Under the pieces are notes generated by a model. The model searched no databases and had not been told where the DNA came from. It was given only the letters and a program-made list of their open reading frames with translations. Source: Podarcis erhardii (taxonomy: Eukaryota). Taken from it: a stretch of 64,000 nt of DNA. Made by a program: the position numbers and the translations under genes. Below are positions 62,527 to 64,000 of the stretch, one piece after another (position 1 is the first letter of the stretch; every line of letters begins with the position of its first letter). Where the stretch lies: assembly GCA_964252035.1 (NCBI GenBank), contig OZ176205.1; one strand, given 5' to 3'.

Positions 62527-64000
62527 TACATCCCTCAAAGTCCCATCACTCAACGAGGGGCATGATGGTTATGCTCTGCCTCCAGAGCTGGAGACAGTAA
62601 TCCTTCTGAATACCAGTTGCTTGACCTGCTGGATGCTGCCCCCTGCCTTGTCCGCTTCACCACACACAAATAAGTTGCTCAGGAAAGTTTAGGAAATGGC
62701 AAGAGGAGCACAAGATGCAAAGCAAAGACCAATCTATCTGTGTGAGAGATCACGCTTTATATTTAAGTTGTCTGTTTTCCTGTTTGGTCCAACTGAGTGC
62801 CTCAAGGAGGCTTTCAAATTTTATTGGCCTCCCTTTATTACATAAAGGTTGTTTTACAGTGTGATTTGTGTAACGGCAACTCTGTTAAGCTGTTTTCTCT
62901 CCCCCAATTTCATTGTTCATAGGAATTGCTTATTTGGGGAATTCTATTTATGCTCTTAGAATATTTTATTTGTCCTCAACTTTTGTGCAGGAACATATCA
63001 TTGTTATATTCTTGATGTATTTATACATCAGTGAGGAGAAAACCATGCACATCTACAGATGCACACAGGCCAACCCCTTTCTGGAAGGCTGGATGGCATA
63101 ACTTAGGGAGTCCTTAATAGGCAATTACCTACTGAGTCTCTTCATGATATCCTTGAAGGAAAGTGTCTCTACAGGCTCTCTAAGTGGCTTAGTTCATTGC
63201 TGAATTGCACTTAGAACTAGAAAAGCAGAGTGTCAGAGCAGGACAGTAGCCTCAGGGTGTATTGTTGGGGCTAGGTGCCTCCCTAGGGATATTTGGTGCC
63301 CTCTCCCTGAACTTTCAGCTTTCATTTTCAAAAGTAAGTCTCTAGCCTTTTCACTTGCAGAGATAAAAGGGAGAATGTGAGCTGGTAGTATTCTCTGCAA
63401 CTGCTCACCAAGATGCAATGCATTTAAATTATAATAAATATGATAGGATATTCTTATGATACTAAGTTTTTTACATTGTTTTTAATATTGTGTTTTATTG
63501 TTGTAAACCACCCTGGGACCTTCGGGTGAAAGGCTGGTAGTAAATAAGTAATCTCTGTGCTGTTCTGCAAGGATGCCTGGCCCCTTCATCACAAATGTCA
63601 AAAACATCTTAATTCAAAATAAACAGATGCACAAAAATGGCTGTGTGGGCATCAAACTGGCATTTAGGAATGTTGAAAACCAAGTTTCAGTTGGGTTTCT
63701 CCCTGCTCATGGGAAATATCGCATTACAGTAGGTTTTATATCTTTCCTGCTCAACTTGAAAACAGGTATCAAGACCAAACTGATGCTGAAATGTGGAGTG
63801 GTGTCTCTTAAATGCACCTCACTTAATTTTTATTCCAATATCTGAATCACATACTTGACAATATATTTTGGATTTTCTTCCCTTCAGAAATGGACTTGGA
63901 GGGTGAGCTGATATTCTAATTTGAAACACACAGCTGAATACGCCTACCCAGTTTCATTCCAATATCTCAATGTTCCAGGGAGAAATGACGGTAGAAACAA

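Noticed and set aside
45000-64000. MDM4 exons expected from mammalian synteny
   Set aside because: I found no MDM4-like RING or zinc-finger coding sequence on either strand in the window.

Overview
This is vertebrate genomic DNA, most likely from a lacertid lizard, judged from Podarcis-type Sauria SINEs plus CR1, L2 and MIR-like remnants. I recognise one protein-coding gene: the single coding exon of LRRN2 (23315-25411, +, 698 aa). Positions 1-22986 are probably its long 5' intron. The rest is repeat-rich non-coding DNA with one 336-nt assembly gap. The most unusual locus is 41.27-44.46 kb, where a short hairpin-shaped MITE has taken three insertions. These are an inverted Sauria SINE piece, a 5'-truncated Neptune-type Penelope-like element (PLE) ending in a 20-bp fold-back, and a second PLE forming an apparently perfect 2-kb palindrome (992-bp arms, 7-nt loop, 13-bp target-site duplication). 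Each PLE 3' end carries a minimal type-I hammerhead ribozyme motif. Other notable items: a U2 snRNA fragment abutting a Sauria SINE, a hAT MITE carrying TTAGGG repeats, a 790-bp retroposed insert with a 19-bp TSD, a solo LTR with a 5-bp TSD, and a uORF-dense LRRN2 leader. All family assignments are from recall and manual inspection; no searches were run.
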